IMG/VR virus record: IMGVR_UViG_2775506876_000001
Coordinates: 1 to 64,000 of that record
Direction: 5' to 3' (one strand)
DNA from: a virus
Lineage: Duplodnaviria; Caudoviricetes
Length of the DNA stretch: 64,000 bases
A program made the position numbers and the translations under genes. Positions 51,343 through 59,861 of this stretch are shown here, piece after piece. Position 1 is the first letter of the stretch, and each line of letters opens with the position of its first letter. The notes below the pieces were generated by a model. The model was given only the letters and a program-made list of their open reading frames with translations, did no database searches and was not told the origin of the DNA.

Positions 51343-52017
51343 TTACACAAACAATCCTAAACGTTCTCCAATACTTTGTAAAAAGCCTATAACACCTCTA
51401 GAAGCTGGTGTGTAATCTTTTTTGATTATATATTCCGGTCTTGACTGATCACCATTGGTTAACAAGTGTGAAACAACCGCTTTTTGGTAATTTCTATCTT
51501 CTTGAATTTGTTTGATGCTTACCTGGTTTACCGTGTTAATAAGTTTTGCCTGCCCATCAACATTTTGCATCGATTGTTTAATCATGCCTTGTAGCTTGAT
51601 ATAAGACATTTCTAAATTATGTCGTTGATGTTCGAGCAATTTAGCGTGATGAAAGTCAATAGCGTTTTCAGAACGACTATGTAAATATTGACTATTGGCT
51701 AACTTGATAGATGACTGAGCTTTTTCAATTTGTGTTGAACCTTTACCAGCAGCCTTGAGAATTTCTGCTTGATCTAAATTATATTGAGTTGTTGCTGTAA
51801 TTTGATTAAGAATTGCTGCTTTTAATTGTGGTGCTAAATCATTATAAGTTTGTGCCTCTAAATTCATCTGTCCAAGCTGTTGACAAGCTTGTAACTGTGC
51901 TTCAGGATTACTGGTGTCTAAAGCCTGTTCCATCAATCCAAACATGTCACCATAATTTTGAGAAAGCTTTCTAGACAGAGTTTTACCGTGTTGGGCAACA
52001 TGATTTTTAAATTTCAT
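51343..52017 (-). CDS. Coiled-coil hypothetical protein
   Basis: 224 aa, Gln/Ala-rich, amphipathic C-terminus. Confidence 0.65.
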   Translation of the reverse strand: MKFKNHVAQHGKTLSRKLSQNYGDMFGLMEQALDTSNPEAQLQACQQLGQMNLEAQTYNDLAPQLKAAILNQITATTQYNLDQAEILKAAGKGSTQIEKAQSSIKLANSQYLHSRSENAIDFHHAKLLEHQRHNLEMSYIKLQGMIKQSMQNVDGQAKLINTVNQVSIKQIQEDRNYQKAVVSHLLTNGDQSRPEYIIKKDYTPASRGVIGFLQSIGERLGLFV

Positions 52018-52026
52018 AAAATAACC

Positions 52027-52446
52027 TCAATCATTTTTGTAAGTGTCAGACATATTATAACAAAGATTGATTTTGGTTTCACTATTATTACAAGATTTTT
52101 TTAAATAATTTTGGTAATTATTTGAATCCACTTGAGTAAATAAAGGAAATAAAATAGCACTTGTGACCAGGGTAAAGAAACAAATTAAATAAAATGTTGT
52201 GTTTCTGTCTTGTACATGTTGCCAATAATTTATCAAATTCGACTTTGATTGTTTTACCCTGGTCAATCTAGTTTTAATATCATCTAGAACTGTTTCAGAA
52301 CTTGTAATTTTATCAATTAATTCTAGTTCCTGAACAACAATATTATTCAATTCGTTCTCGACAGTATCAGATATCAAAGCGATCGCTTTAGATTTTGAAT
52401 CCAAACTAGTTTTAATTTCCTGGGCAGTATCTTTAAAGTTTTCCAT
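52027..52446 (-). CDS. Single-pass membrane coiled-coil protein
   Basis: 139 aa, TM segment near the C-terminus. Confidence 0.6.
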   Translation of the reverse strand: MENFKDTAQEIKTSLDSKSKAIALISDTVENELNNIVVQELELIDKITSSETVLDDIKTRLTRVKQSKSNLINYWQHVQDRNTTFYLICFFTLVTSAILFPLFTQVDSNNYQNYLKKSCNNSETKINLCYNMSDTYKND

Positions 52447-52568
52447 AACCTTAAAATTTTAAAAAGTCACTTTTTAAATATAACAAAAAATCCCTGGATA
52501 TTTTCCGGGGATTTATAAAACTGTAAGTTAAGTGGATTATCAGTAGATGCATTTTTATAATATCATAA

Positions 52569-52763
52569 TTACACAGGTTTTTGATTCTTCTTAATCTGAT
52601 AACCAATACCAGCAGCCACTAAACTTCCTAAAATTGTTACTGGTTCAGGAACGTCTTGAGGTTGTTTTTGCACTTGCTGAACTTGTTGTTTTTGTACTTG
52701 ATTTGGTTGGTTGTCGCTAGGACAAGCTAAACCTAATGTGAAAATACAGAGAATGATATCCAT
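52569..52763 (-). CDS. Minimal PEP-CTERM protein
   Basis: VPEPVTILGSLVAAGIGYQIKK sorting signal; N-terminal hydrophobic segment ending LAC. Confidence 0.8.
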   Translation of the reverse strand: MDIILCIFTLGLACPSDNQPNQVQKQQVQQVQKQPQDVPEPVTILGSLVAAGIGYQIKKNQKPV

Positions 52764-52901
52764 ATATAGATGATAAGTTTACATCTATATTATATCGTTT
52801 ATGTATATGAAAAATATAAAGCTATTATAAATGTTCTGTAAAATAAAAATTCTTCGGATAGTTTCAATTTATCCGAAGAATTTAAAAAGTGACTTTTTGA
52901 T

Positions 52902-53090
52902 TTAGATTAAATCTTTGAATTCATCCAGGGTAATTTGCTTGATGTATCTACGGTTTGCTTGTGCCGCTAAACGCTTCATTTGTCTTTTGGTTGTTCCCGT
53001 AACACAAGCGTTTTTAAATCGTGTAATATCCCAATAAAAACGAACGTGTATGGAACCTAAGTTAGCAAATTTATTGAAAGATTTGTTCAT
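52902..53090 (-). CDS. Small basic hypothetical protein
   Basis: 62 aa ORF. Confidence 0.5.
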   Translation of the reverse strand: MNKSFNKFANLGSIHVRFYWDITRFKNACVTGTTKRQMKRLAAQANRRYIKQITLDEFKDLI

Positions 53091-53189
53091 GTTTTAGCTC
53101 TTTGGTAACTGAGCTAATGAAAAGAACCTCTAGTTTTGATTAACATATTAAGATTTCCTTAAACTACTTGACAAAATTAACTGTTTGTG

Positions 53190-53426
53190 TTAATGAGCGT
53201 AAATTCCATAAACTTCTAGAGTATCTTGCCGATAACGATGGTTTTCTGGAAGCTTTTCTACAATTTCAATGTGATGTGAAATTATACAAGATTTCCAATC
53301 ATAAACATCATCATCATCAAGCCATTCTAGCTGAAGTTGTAAAGCTTCCTCTGGTGTTTGAGCTTCGATGTAATTAATCTGGATTTCACCACCTTTATCT
53401 AGGTCTAGAGTGCTTTTGTAAATCAT
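53190..53426 (-). CDS. Hypothetical protein
   Basis: 78 aa, EA.TPEEA motif; ATGA overlap with the upstream gene. Confidence 0.55.
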   Translation of the reverse strand: MIYKSTLDLDKGGEIQINYIEAQTPEEALQLQLEWLDDDDVYDWKSCIISHHIEIVEKLPENHRYRQDTLEVYGIYAH

Positions 53427-53581
53427 GATTGTTTTTTAGGTTGTCTTACATCACAAGGTTCAAAATCGGATTGTGTGTCTCGTAAGACTGCACATTTAGC
53501 ATAATCTCTGGGGTTGTCATAGTGATAATCACATGTTTGGCATTGTTTAGGGATGTTGTCTTTTTCTGATTGTTTCGACAT
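53423..53581 (-). CDS. Small Cys-rich protein (DUF6464-like), not in the ORF track
   Basis: Manual translation MSKQSEKDNIPKQCQTCDYH..AKCAVL..PC; AAGGA RBS. Confidence 0.55.
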   Translation of the reverse strand: MSKQSEKDNIPKQCQTCDYHYDNPRDYAKCAVLRDTQSDFEPCDVRQPKKQS

Positions 53582-53642
53582 TGTTTTGAATCCTTTAGAG
53601 TTAGTGGTTGTCTAGATAGAAATTGATTGACCAAGGAACTGA

Positions 53643-53831
53643 TTATGATTCCCACCATTGCCCATTATCTTCTTCATTTGATTCTTCAGCCATTACTTCA
53701 AGAATTTGTTCGTTTTCCCAAGCTTTATAAACAGCTTGGCTAATATTTTCAGAAAGTTCTACTTCAATAGAACCTTCAACTTTTTCAAATGAAACGATGC
53801 CATTAAATAGATAAGCCTTGTAAATCTTCAT
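53643..53831 (-). CDS. Small acidic hypothetical protein
   Basis: 62 aa, AAGGA RBS, flanked by 38-bp direct repeats. Confidence 0.55.
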   Translation of the reverse strand: MKIYKAYLFNGIVSFEKVEGSIEVELSENISQAVYKAWENEQILEVMAEESNEEDNGQWWES

Positions 53832-53850
53832 GATTTTGAATCCTTTAGAG

Positions 53851-53994
53851 TTAGTGGTTGTCTAGATAGAACCGGATTGCGTCAAGAATGACCTGAGTTA
53901 AGGTTTTTTCTTTGTTTTTACAGAATTCCTCAAGCTCTTGTCTGAGTTTTGGTGGAATTCGTAAACCAAACTGGGGTATTAAGTTCTTAGCCAT
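53851..53994 (-). CDS. Arc-family ribbon-helix-helix repressor, not in the ORF track
   Basis: Manual translation MAKNLIPQFGLRIPPKLRQELEEFCKNKEKTLTQVILDAIRFYLDNH; compare Arc PQFNLRWP. Confidence 0.75.
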   Translation of the reverse strand: MAKNLIPQFGLRIPPKLRQELEEFCKNKEKTLTQVILDAIRFYLDNH

Positions 53995-54711
53995 ATTTAT
54001 AATATAACTGCTAGTTAGATACTTGTCATGAGTATTTATTACTAATTTAGATAAACGATCGCTATAATATTGTACGTACTCAGGTAAGTTACAACAGACA
54101 CGATTATTTCAGACCAGGGAACGGTTATTACCCTGGACATAAATTACAGATATAGTCAGATTACTGAAAGCCTTACACAAAGCCGATCGCTTCTATAATC
54201 GCAGGGTAGCGATTGAGACTACACACTGGCTGGAACGCTTACACGGCTTATGTTACGGGTACATAATGATGATGCATATGTAAGGAAGCGATTTTTCAAG
54301 ATACTAGGGAAATATGGGCACTTTTCGAGGGTTAAAAAAATTAGCGATTTTCAAAGTTCAGTAAGCGATTATCCTTACACAGCAAGGCTTTAAACCACTT
54401 ATTTTTTAAAAGTGTTCAGTGACCATAAAGAGTGTTAGTTCAGATTAAATTATCTTGTAACACTGAACTATTTTTAGAAAGCTTTATATAGCAACAATTA
54501 CAGCCAGCGATTCAACATAATCGCTGAATCGCTCTTAACAATTCTTAACTAAAAAATAAGTAAAAGTACTCTTGTAATCAGTTAAAAAATGTGTTAGTGT
54601 TCAGACTGAATTCAACGATTTTCAGAACTGAATCAATTAGCGATTAAAAAAGATGCTACGATAGTGAAAACGTTAAAAAGTTCTTTGAACTCTACTGAAC
54701 TATGCTAAAAG

Positions 54712-55197
54712 GTGGTTTACATGCCTATAACCTTCCGTAAAAAGACCAATACAGGTGTAAAAAAGAATACACCATTAAAACTTAAATTAGAATCGCTATT
54801 CGGTAAAAAGCTAAATAGCACCCAAGTTAACCGGATACAATCCGAGATTCTGAAAAGTGGTTTTGTAACTTCTGAAAACAACATTACAGACAAAGCATTG
54901 CAGGATTATGCTAAGTTCAAAACCTGTTTTCCTAAATACATTTACAAAAAAGATGAACTAGAAAAAGCAAAGGAAATCACAAAGACTATTGAGCATGATG
55001 ATTACATTTACAGTGCAGAAAATATTTTCTACAAAATTAAAGAACTTTTACCAGGGTTAGCAGATAGCACTATCTATTACTGGTTTGAAAAAGCTGGTAG
55101 TAAATTTAGCACCGTTAAAAGTTATGGATTAGATATAACCGTTTTGGTTATGTATCAGGCTGTAAGACGTAAAGAAACTTTATTCACAGGAAAATAA
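54712..55197 (+). CDS. Hypothetical, possibly DNA-binding protein
   Basis: 161 aa, basic; ADSTIYYWF..AG is HTH-like. Confidence 0.55.
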   Translation: MVYMPITFRKKTNTGVKKNTPLKLKLESLFGKKLNSTQVNRIQSEILKSGFVTSENNITDKALQDYAKFKTCFPKYIYKKDELEKAKEITKTIEHDDYIYSAENIFYKIKELLPGLADSTIYYWFEKAGSKFSTVKSYGLDITVLVMYQAVRRKETLFTGK

Positions 55198-55315
55198 ATC
55201 AAATGGCTTATCCAAAAACACACAAATCTCTAGAATAATTTCAAAACAAATTAAGCATTAAAAAACCTCTAGATTATTCAAAATTCTAGAGGTTTTTTAA
55301 TGTTTCAAAAGCTAA

Positions 55316-55681
55316 TTAGTACATCGTGTTAATAGCAAAATTATATAGATAACCCGCTAACCTTTCCCGTAATATTTGCCAGACAACATTATCACCAGTC
55401 TCGACAGTATTGTATAAGGTCACAAAAATTTTCTTGATGTTCTGGTCAGTGATGCTATCGATGATTTCTTTGGTTATTTCTAAATCAGTAATTTTGTTCA
55501 GATACCAGTTAAAATCTTTCATGCTGTTTAAAGTTTCCGTAGTTTCAACTAAAATCGTTCTTTCACCACCGCAATGATCACAAACATTATCATAACCAGT
55601 ACCTTTACCATCAAATCCTGAACCACCACAAAAACAACAATCAATTTCCATAATTTTGCATTTTGTTGATGAATTCATCAA
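55316..55681 (-). CDS. Protein with a DnaJ-type CxxCxGxG zinc finger (start probably ~55651)
   Basis: CCFCGGSG..CDHCGG. Confidence 0.6.
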   Translation of the reverse strand: MMNSSTKCKIMEIDCCFCGGSGFDGKGTGYDNVCDHCGGERTILVETTETLNSMKDFNWYLNKITDLEITKEIIDSITDQNIKKIFVTLYNTVETGDNVVWQILRERLAGYLYNFAINTMY

Positions 55682-55934
55682 CGAAGAGATCTAACTCTCG
55701 CTTTGCTAAATCCCGATCTCGGAAAGTCTTGCTATTACTTCCTGATCCAATAGTAGTTAGTGCAGCCATAAATTTTTTGCCATGTGGGAAAGTTAATACA
55801 TGATGTATATAGGCTTTTGGTTTAAGGTGATGGTATCTTTGCATCTGTTCATATTCGATTTCCTCAGAATGGCGAATATCAACAGTACCAACGGTTGAGG
55901 TATCAGGTCTTTTTGGTGTGTCGTCTATCCACAT
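55641..55934 (-). CDS. Hypothetical protein
   Basis: ATG at 55934 preceded by AAGGA inside the repeated UTR. Confidence 0.55.
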   Translation of the reverse strand: MWIDDTPKRPDTSTVGTVDIRHSEEIEYEQMQRYHHLKPKAYIHHVLTFPHGKKFMAALTTIGSGSNSKTFRDRDLAKRELDLFVDEFINKMQNYGN

Positions 55935-56065
55935 AATTTTAAATCCTTTCAATTTTCTAAGTTGATTGTGTTACTTGACTAACACCCTGGATTATCTAAA
56001 TTATTTTGATAAAATTTTCAATTAATTTAGATAATCCAAAATGTTGTCCAAATACTACTAATCAA

Positions 56066-56275
56066 CTAATCGACACATTCTTCAACTTCAATTTTATTTA
56101 AAACACCATAAAAAACATTACCTTTAACAATTTGTCCATGATATTGAATTTTATCAGCATCATTAACATCTATATCACTTTCAAGAGCATTTCTAATAGC
56201 ATCTTGTTCATTGTCAGCTTCGATTTTTACAGAAACATAACCAGTAAAAGGAACTCTAACAATATATGTAGCCAT
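56066..56275 (-). CDS. Small hypothetical phage protein
   Basis: 69 aa, IEADNEQDA motif; flanked by 57-bp direct repeats. Confidence 0.6.
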   Translation of the reverse strand: MATYIVRVPFTGYVSVKIEADNEQDAIRNALESDIDVNDADKIQYHGQIVKGNVFYGVLNKIEVEECVD

Positions 56276-56373
56276 GATTTTAAATCCTCTAAATTTTCTA
56301 AGTTAATTGTGTTACTTGACTAACACCCTAGAACATCTAAATAATTTAGATGTTCTAAAGTAATATTCAAATT

Positions 56374-56946
56374 TTAAACTTTAAACAATTCTAGGATATC
56401 ATCGGCTGCTTGTTGCCATTGCCGTTGATTGTGTTGAACAGCTTCAGAAATTTCTTGAAGTTTTTGAACAGCCAAGCTATCAGTACGATTTTGAATTTCT
56501 ATAATCTCTGAAGCTGTTTCAGCGATCGCTTGAGCTTCCAAATTGGCTTGGTATTCAACATACTTTTTAATAGCACCGATAACTTGACTAGCTAATGACT
56601 GTCTGGACTTAAAGTTGTTGCTGATATTCTGAGACACTTCAGTGACTTCTTGACTAGTCAAAGTTATTTGCAACTTTTCTGAATGTTTTTGAATAAGCTG
56701 ATGTTTTTCAGATTCAGAAATTTGTATTTGGTTTTTACCAGGGATAGACAAAGCTGATTGCTCTTTGTCCTTGACTGTTCCCTGGTCTGTAACGATTGCT
56801 TGGCTGATCATTTGTTTTTGTTCTGTTGTTGCTGTTTCTAAGTTGATATTTAACAAAAATGCTTTATCTCTGATCTGTTGACTGGTTGCATTAAACCCAG
56901 AATCTTTTACCTGATTTCTAATCGTGTCGATAACATTTTTAGTCAT
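56374..56946 (-). CDS. Helical hypothetical protein
   Basis: 190 aa, Gln-rich. Confidence 0.6.
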   Translation of the reverse strand: MTKNVIDTIRNQVKDSGFNATSQQIRDKAFLLNINLETATTEQKQMISQAIVTDQGTVKDKEQSALSIPGKNQIQISESEKHQLIQKHSEKLQITLTSQEVTEVSQNISNNFKSRQSLASQVIGAIKKYVEYQANLEAQAIAETASEIIEIQNRTDSLAVQKLQEISEAVQHNQRQWQQAADDILELFKV

Positions 56947-57142
56947 GTTTTCCTGTCATGTTTTCGATTTTTACAATGAACTCTAGAGCAATAAACCCGT
57001 GAAATTCTTTAGGCTTGTTTTGATATAAAGTTGCTTGTTTAACATCTTTAGTTAGTTGTCTGGAACCAACAAAAAGTTGATTCTCTGGATGATAAAGCAT
57101 GTAAATTTTCAAGTTATCTAAATTGTTAAGCATAATTACCAA
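56939..57142 (-). CDS. Hypothetical protein
   Basis: 67 aa, overlaps both neighbours. Confidence 0.5.
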   Translation of the reverse strand: MVIMLNNLDNLKIYMLYHPENQLFVGSRQLTKDVKQATLYQNKPKEFHGFIALEFIVKIENMTGKHD

Positions 57143-57606
57143 GCACTAAAAAGTAAGGAAGGTTTTTTGCTGGTTTCGTAATGACCTTTTAAAATCAAAG
57201 CTGCTTGCAAAGCGTTATTACACGGTTTAGATTGTCCCAAGCTTATAAAGCTATATGACCAACGTTTCCAAATATCGTTAAATCTGATAACACCAACAAA
57301 ATCCTTGTTGCAATAAATCAAAAACTTTGTGTCTGTAACATCAGATTTAAGGTTGTAGTGTAAACCTTGATTTTTACAAGCATCGGAAACATCATCAACT
57401 ATGGTACGTTCTCGGTCATTTAGAATTTGGTTAAGTTTGTCGGCTAAGTTAAACCAGTGAACTTTTTGATTAGCCTTAAATGCTGGATATAATTGCTTAA
57501 TCCGATAAACTGTAACAATTCCTGAAAGATTGTGAACTTTAGCAACCAAAAATTTAATTCGATTTTTTAAAGATTGTGTAAGTTTAGAATCAATTAAGCT
57601 ATTCAT
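57136..57606 (-). CDS. Hypothetical protein
   Basis: 156 aa ORF downstream of a composite palindrome site. Confidence 0.6.
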   Translation of the reverse strand: MNSLIDSKLTQSLKNRIKFLVAKVHNLSGIVTVYRIKQLYPAFKANQKVHWFNLADKLNQILNDRERTIVDDVSDACKNQGLHYNLKSDVTDTKFLIYCNKDFVGVIRFNDIWKRWSYSFISLGQSKPCNNALQAALILKGHYETSKKPSLLFSAW

Positions 57607-57800
57607 AACGTTTAAGGTAATCTGAAAAGTGACTTTTTGTTTTGTCCGACAAATCTATAATATGTCGGACAAAATTTTATAACATCCGTAAATATACTGA
57701 AATTATAATAAAACTTACAAGTATCCTATTAAACAAAAAATCTCTAGTGTTAGACTAGAGATAAAATTTTAAAAAGTGACTTTTTGATTTTTATCGATTT

Positions 57801-57965
57801 TTAGCTTTTAACACTTTTGGATAATATAAAAGGTTGTGGTAAATCTATCAACACTCGTAATATTTCGGATATAGTTGATTCTGTGGCACTAGAGATAGTT
57901 TCTAGCTTAGTAAATTGCTCATCAGTAACCCTTACCGATATTTTAACCAATTTATTATTTTTCAC
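57801..57965 (-). CDS. CopG-like ribbon-helix-helix protein, not in the ORF track
   Basis: GTG start with AAGGTG RBS; KISVRVTDEQFTKLETIS..TISEILRVLID. Confidence 0.7.
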   Translation of the reverse strand: MKNNKLVKISVRVTDEQFTKLETISSATESTISEILRVLIDLPQPFILSKSVKS

Positions 57966-58068
57966 GATTTCACCTTATATAATAATGTCCTACATTAAAT
58001 TTAGCATAAAAAATTCCCTGGACAATAGTAATTTTATCCAGGGAATAAACGCTTAACCGATTTGAAAA

Positions 58069-59370
58069 TTAAGCAGCTTCTTGTTGTTCAGACAATTCAG
58101 AGGGTTTTTGTTTGCTTTGAATTTTTAAAACCTGTTCCTGAATTTTCTTAACTTTGTCAGCAATTTTAACAATTTGTTCAGGCATCAAATCAGGGTATTC
58201 TTGTACAGCCAGATTACTTAAGAACAAAGCAAAATCAGCTAAGTTATCTTTGGCTTGTCCTAACGCTTCAAAGGTAATAGCTTGTCTTTGAATGGTTTCA
58301 GAATCTTGTTCAGAATCTTGTTCAGAATCTTGTTCAGAATCTTGTTCAGAATCATCATCGTTATCATTAATCAAATTCTCAACACTAGCGGTTAAGAATT
58401 CTTTGGCATGTTCTAACGCTTCAACAGTTAAAGCATTATTAGAACCATCTTGTAAACCAACAAAATCTAAAGCTTCATTAATGACTTTTTCAAAATCAGC
58501 TTCAGTTTCTTTGGTAATTTTTTCAACTTCATCGACTAAAGCGAAAGGTAGAACACCAGATTCAACAAGTTCTAGGACTTGTTCACCTTTTTCTAAAATT
58601 TCCTCAACACGATCAACGTCTTTAATTGTGACTTTGTTTTTACCCCTTTCATTAGCTGATTTAACAGCCAAGTCTAAATAGTTTTTGGATTCAATACCAG
58701 CTTTGCTAGATTTAGCTAACACTGTATCAGCTATTGCTAAATCTATGGTTCCATCATTTAAAGCGGACTTTATAAATTCATCCTCTGTTGTGGATACTCT
58801 TAAAATCTGCTGTATCCAAGTTTCTGATTTACCCTGAATTGCTGCTATAAAAGTTGTAACCTTTTTACGTAATTTTTTAACAGCTTTTTCATCCGGTTCC
58901 GTACCATTTTCTTTGATATATTCATCTAAAACTTGTTGATATTTAATATCAAAGATTTCCTGAATGCCTTTAGAATATTCAAACGGTTTTAGTTGATTAT
59001 TGGTTGTTCCTAAAGAAAGCATCCAACTTTTGCGCTTGATAGGATCTTCAGCATCCTCAACGGGCATGATAATATACGGAAAATCTAAAGATCCTTTGTA
59101 TTCGGGATCTGTTGCAAGATTTTGTAGAGCTGCTAATCTGGAATTACCATCCCAGACAACCCTTTTACCATCAACATTATATACAGATGGTAAAACAACA
59201 CCAGGAATTTTAACACCACCATCAGCCTTGATAGCGGCTGTTAACTCTGGTCTATCGATTATTTCACGATAATTTTCGTCAGTTACAACAAATTCGGAAT
59301 AATTTGCAGTATAATAGGTCTTTTTAGTTGCTGCCATATCAGTTACGTTATCCTCTAAAATGTCCGACAT
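58069..59370 (-). CDS. ParB/Srx-domain protein with HTH
   Basis: LTAAIKADGG..P..V..VWDGNSRLAAL (ParB N-domain); IAAIQGKSETWIQQIL HTH; acidic C-terminus. Confidence 0.78.
   Translation of the reverse strand: MSDILEDNVTDMAATKKTYYTANYSEFVVTDENYREIIDRPELTAAIKADGGVKIPGVVLPSVYNVDGKRVVWDGNSRLAALQNLATDPEYKGSLDFPYIIMPVEDAEDPIKRKSWMLSLGTTNNQLKPFEYSKGIQEIFDIKYQQVLDEYIKENGTEPDEKAVKKLRKKVTTFIAAIQGKSETWIQQILRVSTTEDEFIKSALNDGTIDLAIADTVLAKSSKAGIESKNYLDLAVKSANERGKNKVTIKDVDRVEEILEKGEQVLELVESGVLPFALVDEVEKITKETEADFEKVINEALDFVGLQDGSNNALTVEALEHAKEFLTASVENLINDNDDDSEQDSEQDSEQDSEQDSETIQRQAITFEALGQAKDNLADFALFLSNLAVQEYPDLMPEQIVKIADKVKKIQEQVLKIQSKQKPSELSEQQEAA
58298..58353. repeat. In-frame 12-bp tandem repeat encoding (DSEQ)4
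   Basis: tcagaatcttgt repeated about 4.7 times. Confidence 0.9.
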
Positions 59371-59603
59371 ATTTTTTATAGCACCTATCGGCTTAAACTG
59401 TCTAGTGTTTACTAAATAATTTTACCACGATTCAAAAAGTCACTTTTTAAACTTTTATCTATAATAATAAGTCAAAAAGCATAAAAAATCTAGTTTATAT
59501 AAGTAATTTTTATATAATCTGTAAAATAAATATTATAAAAAGAAAAATAATTAAGTAATTTTAGCAATTGAAATTGCTTGTTTAAACTGTAATCATTTAA
59601 ATA

Positions 59604-59813
59604 GTGTTGATACTTCGCTTGAACTCTAGGATTATGTTAAAGAAACCAAAGAAAATTTCCGACAAATTAATGGGGTTTTTTGTTACTCCAGAGGAAAAAA
59701 TATTAATCATCCAAGCTAAACCTGATGATGTAAGTATGTCAGAATTTTTAAAATCAATAGTGATGCCAATTGTTACGAAAATGGTGATTTTAAAAAGAGC
59801 AAAATCACCTTAA
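59604..59813 (+). CDS. Small RHH/MobC-like DNA-binding protein
   Basis: GFFVTPEEK..I...VSMSEFL. Confidence 0.5.
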   Translation: MLILRLNSRIMLKKPKKISDKLMGFFVTPEEKILIIQAKPDDVSMSEFLKSIVMPIVTKMVILKRAKSP

Positions 59814-59861
59814 AGTTTTACAAAAGGTTTAAAGCCTTTTGTAAAACGCTTTAACAATTTG

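Noticed and set aside
53446-53658. 70-aa minus-strand ORF
   Set aside because: An alternative frame (53423..53581) has an RBS, a Cys motif and translational coupling
54254-54286. Possible dif/Xer-like site (cgggtacataa tgatga ...)
   Set aside because: Only the left arm resembles a XerC box; the right arm and spacing do not fit, and no tyrosine recombinase is seen
57817-58056. 79-aa plus-strand ORF
   Set aside because: The opposite strand encodes a better RHH protein with an RBS (57801..57965)
58292-59272. Plus-strand ORFs, including an (SESC)n repeat protein
   Set aside because: Antisense to the ParB-like gene; the repeat is the reverse reading of DSEQ
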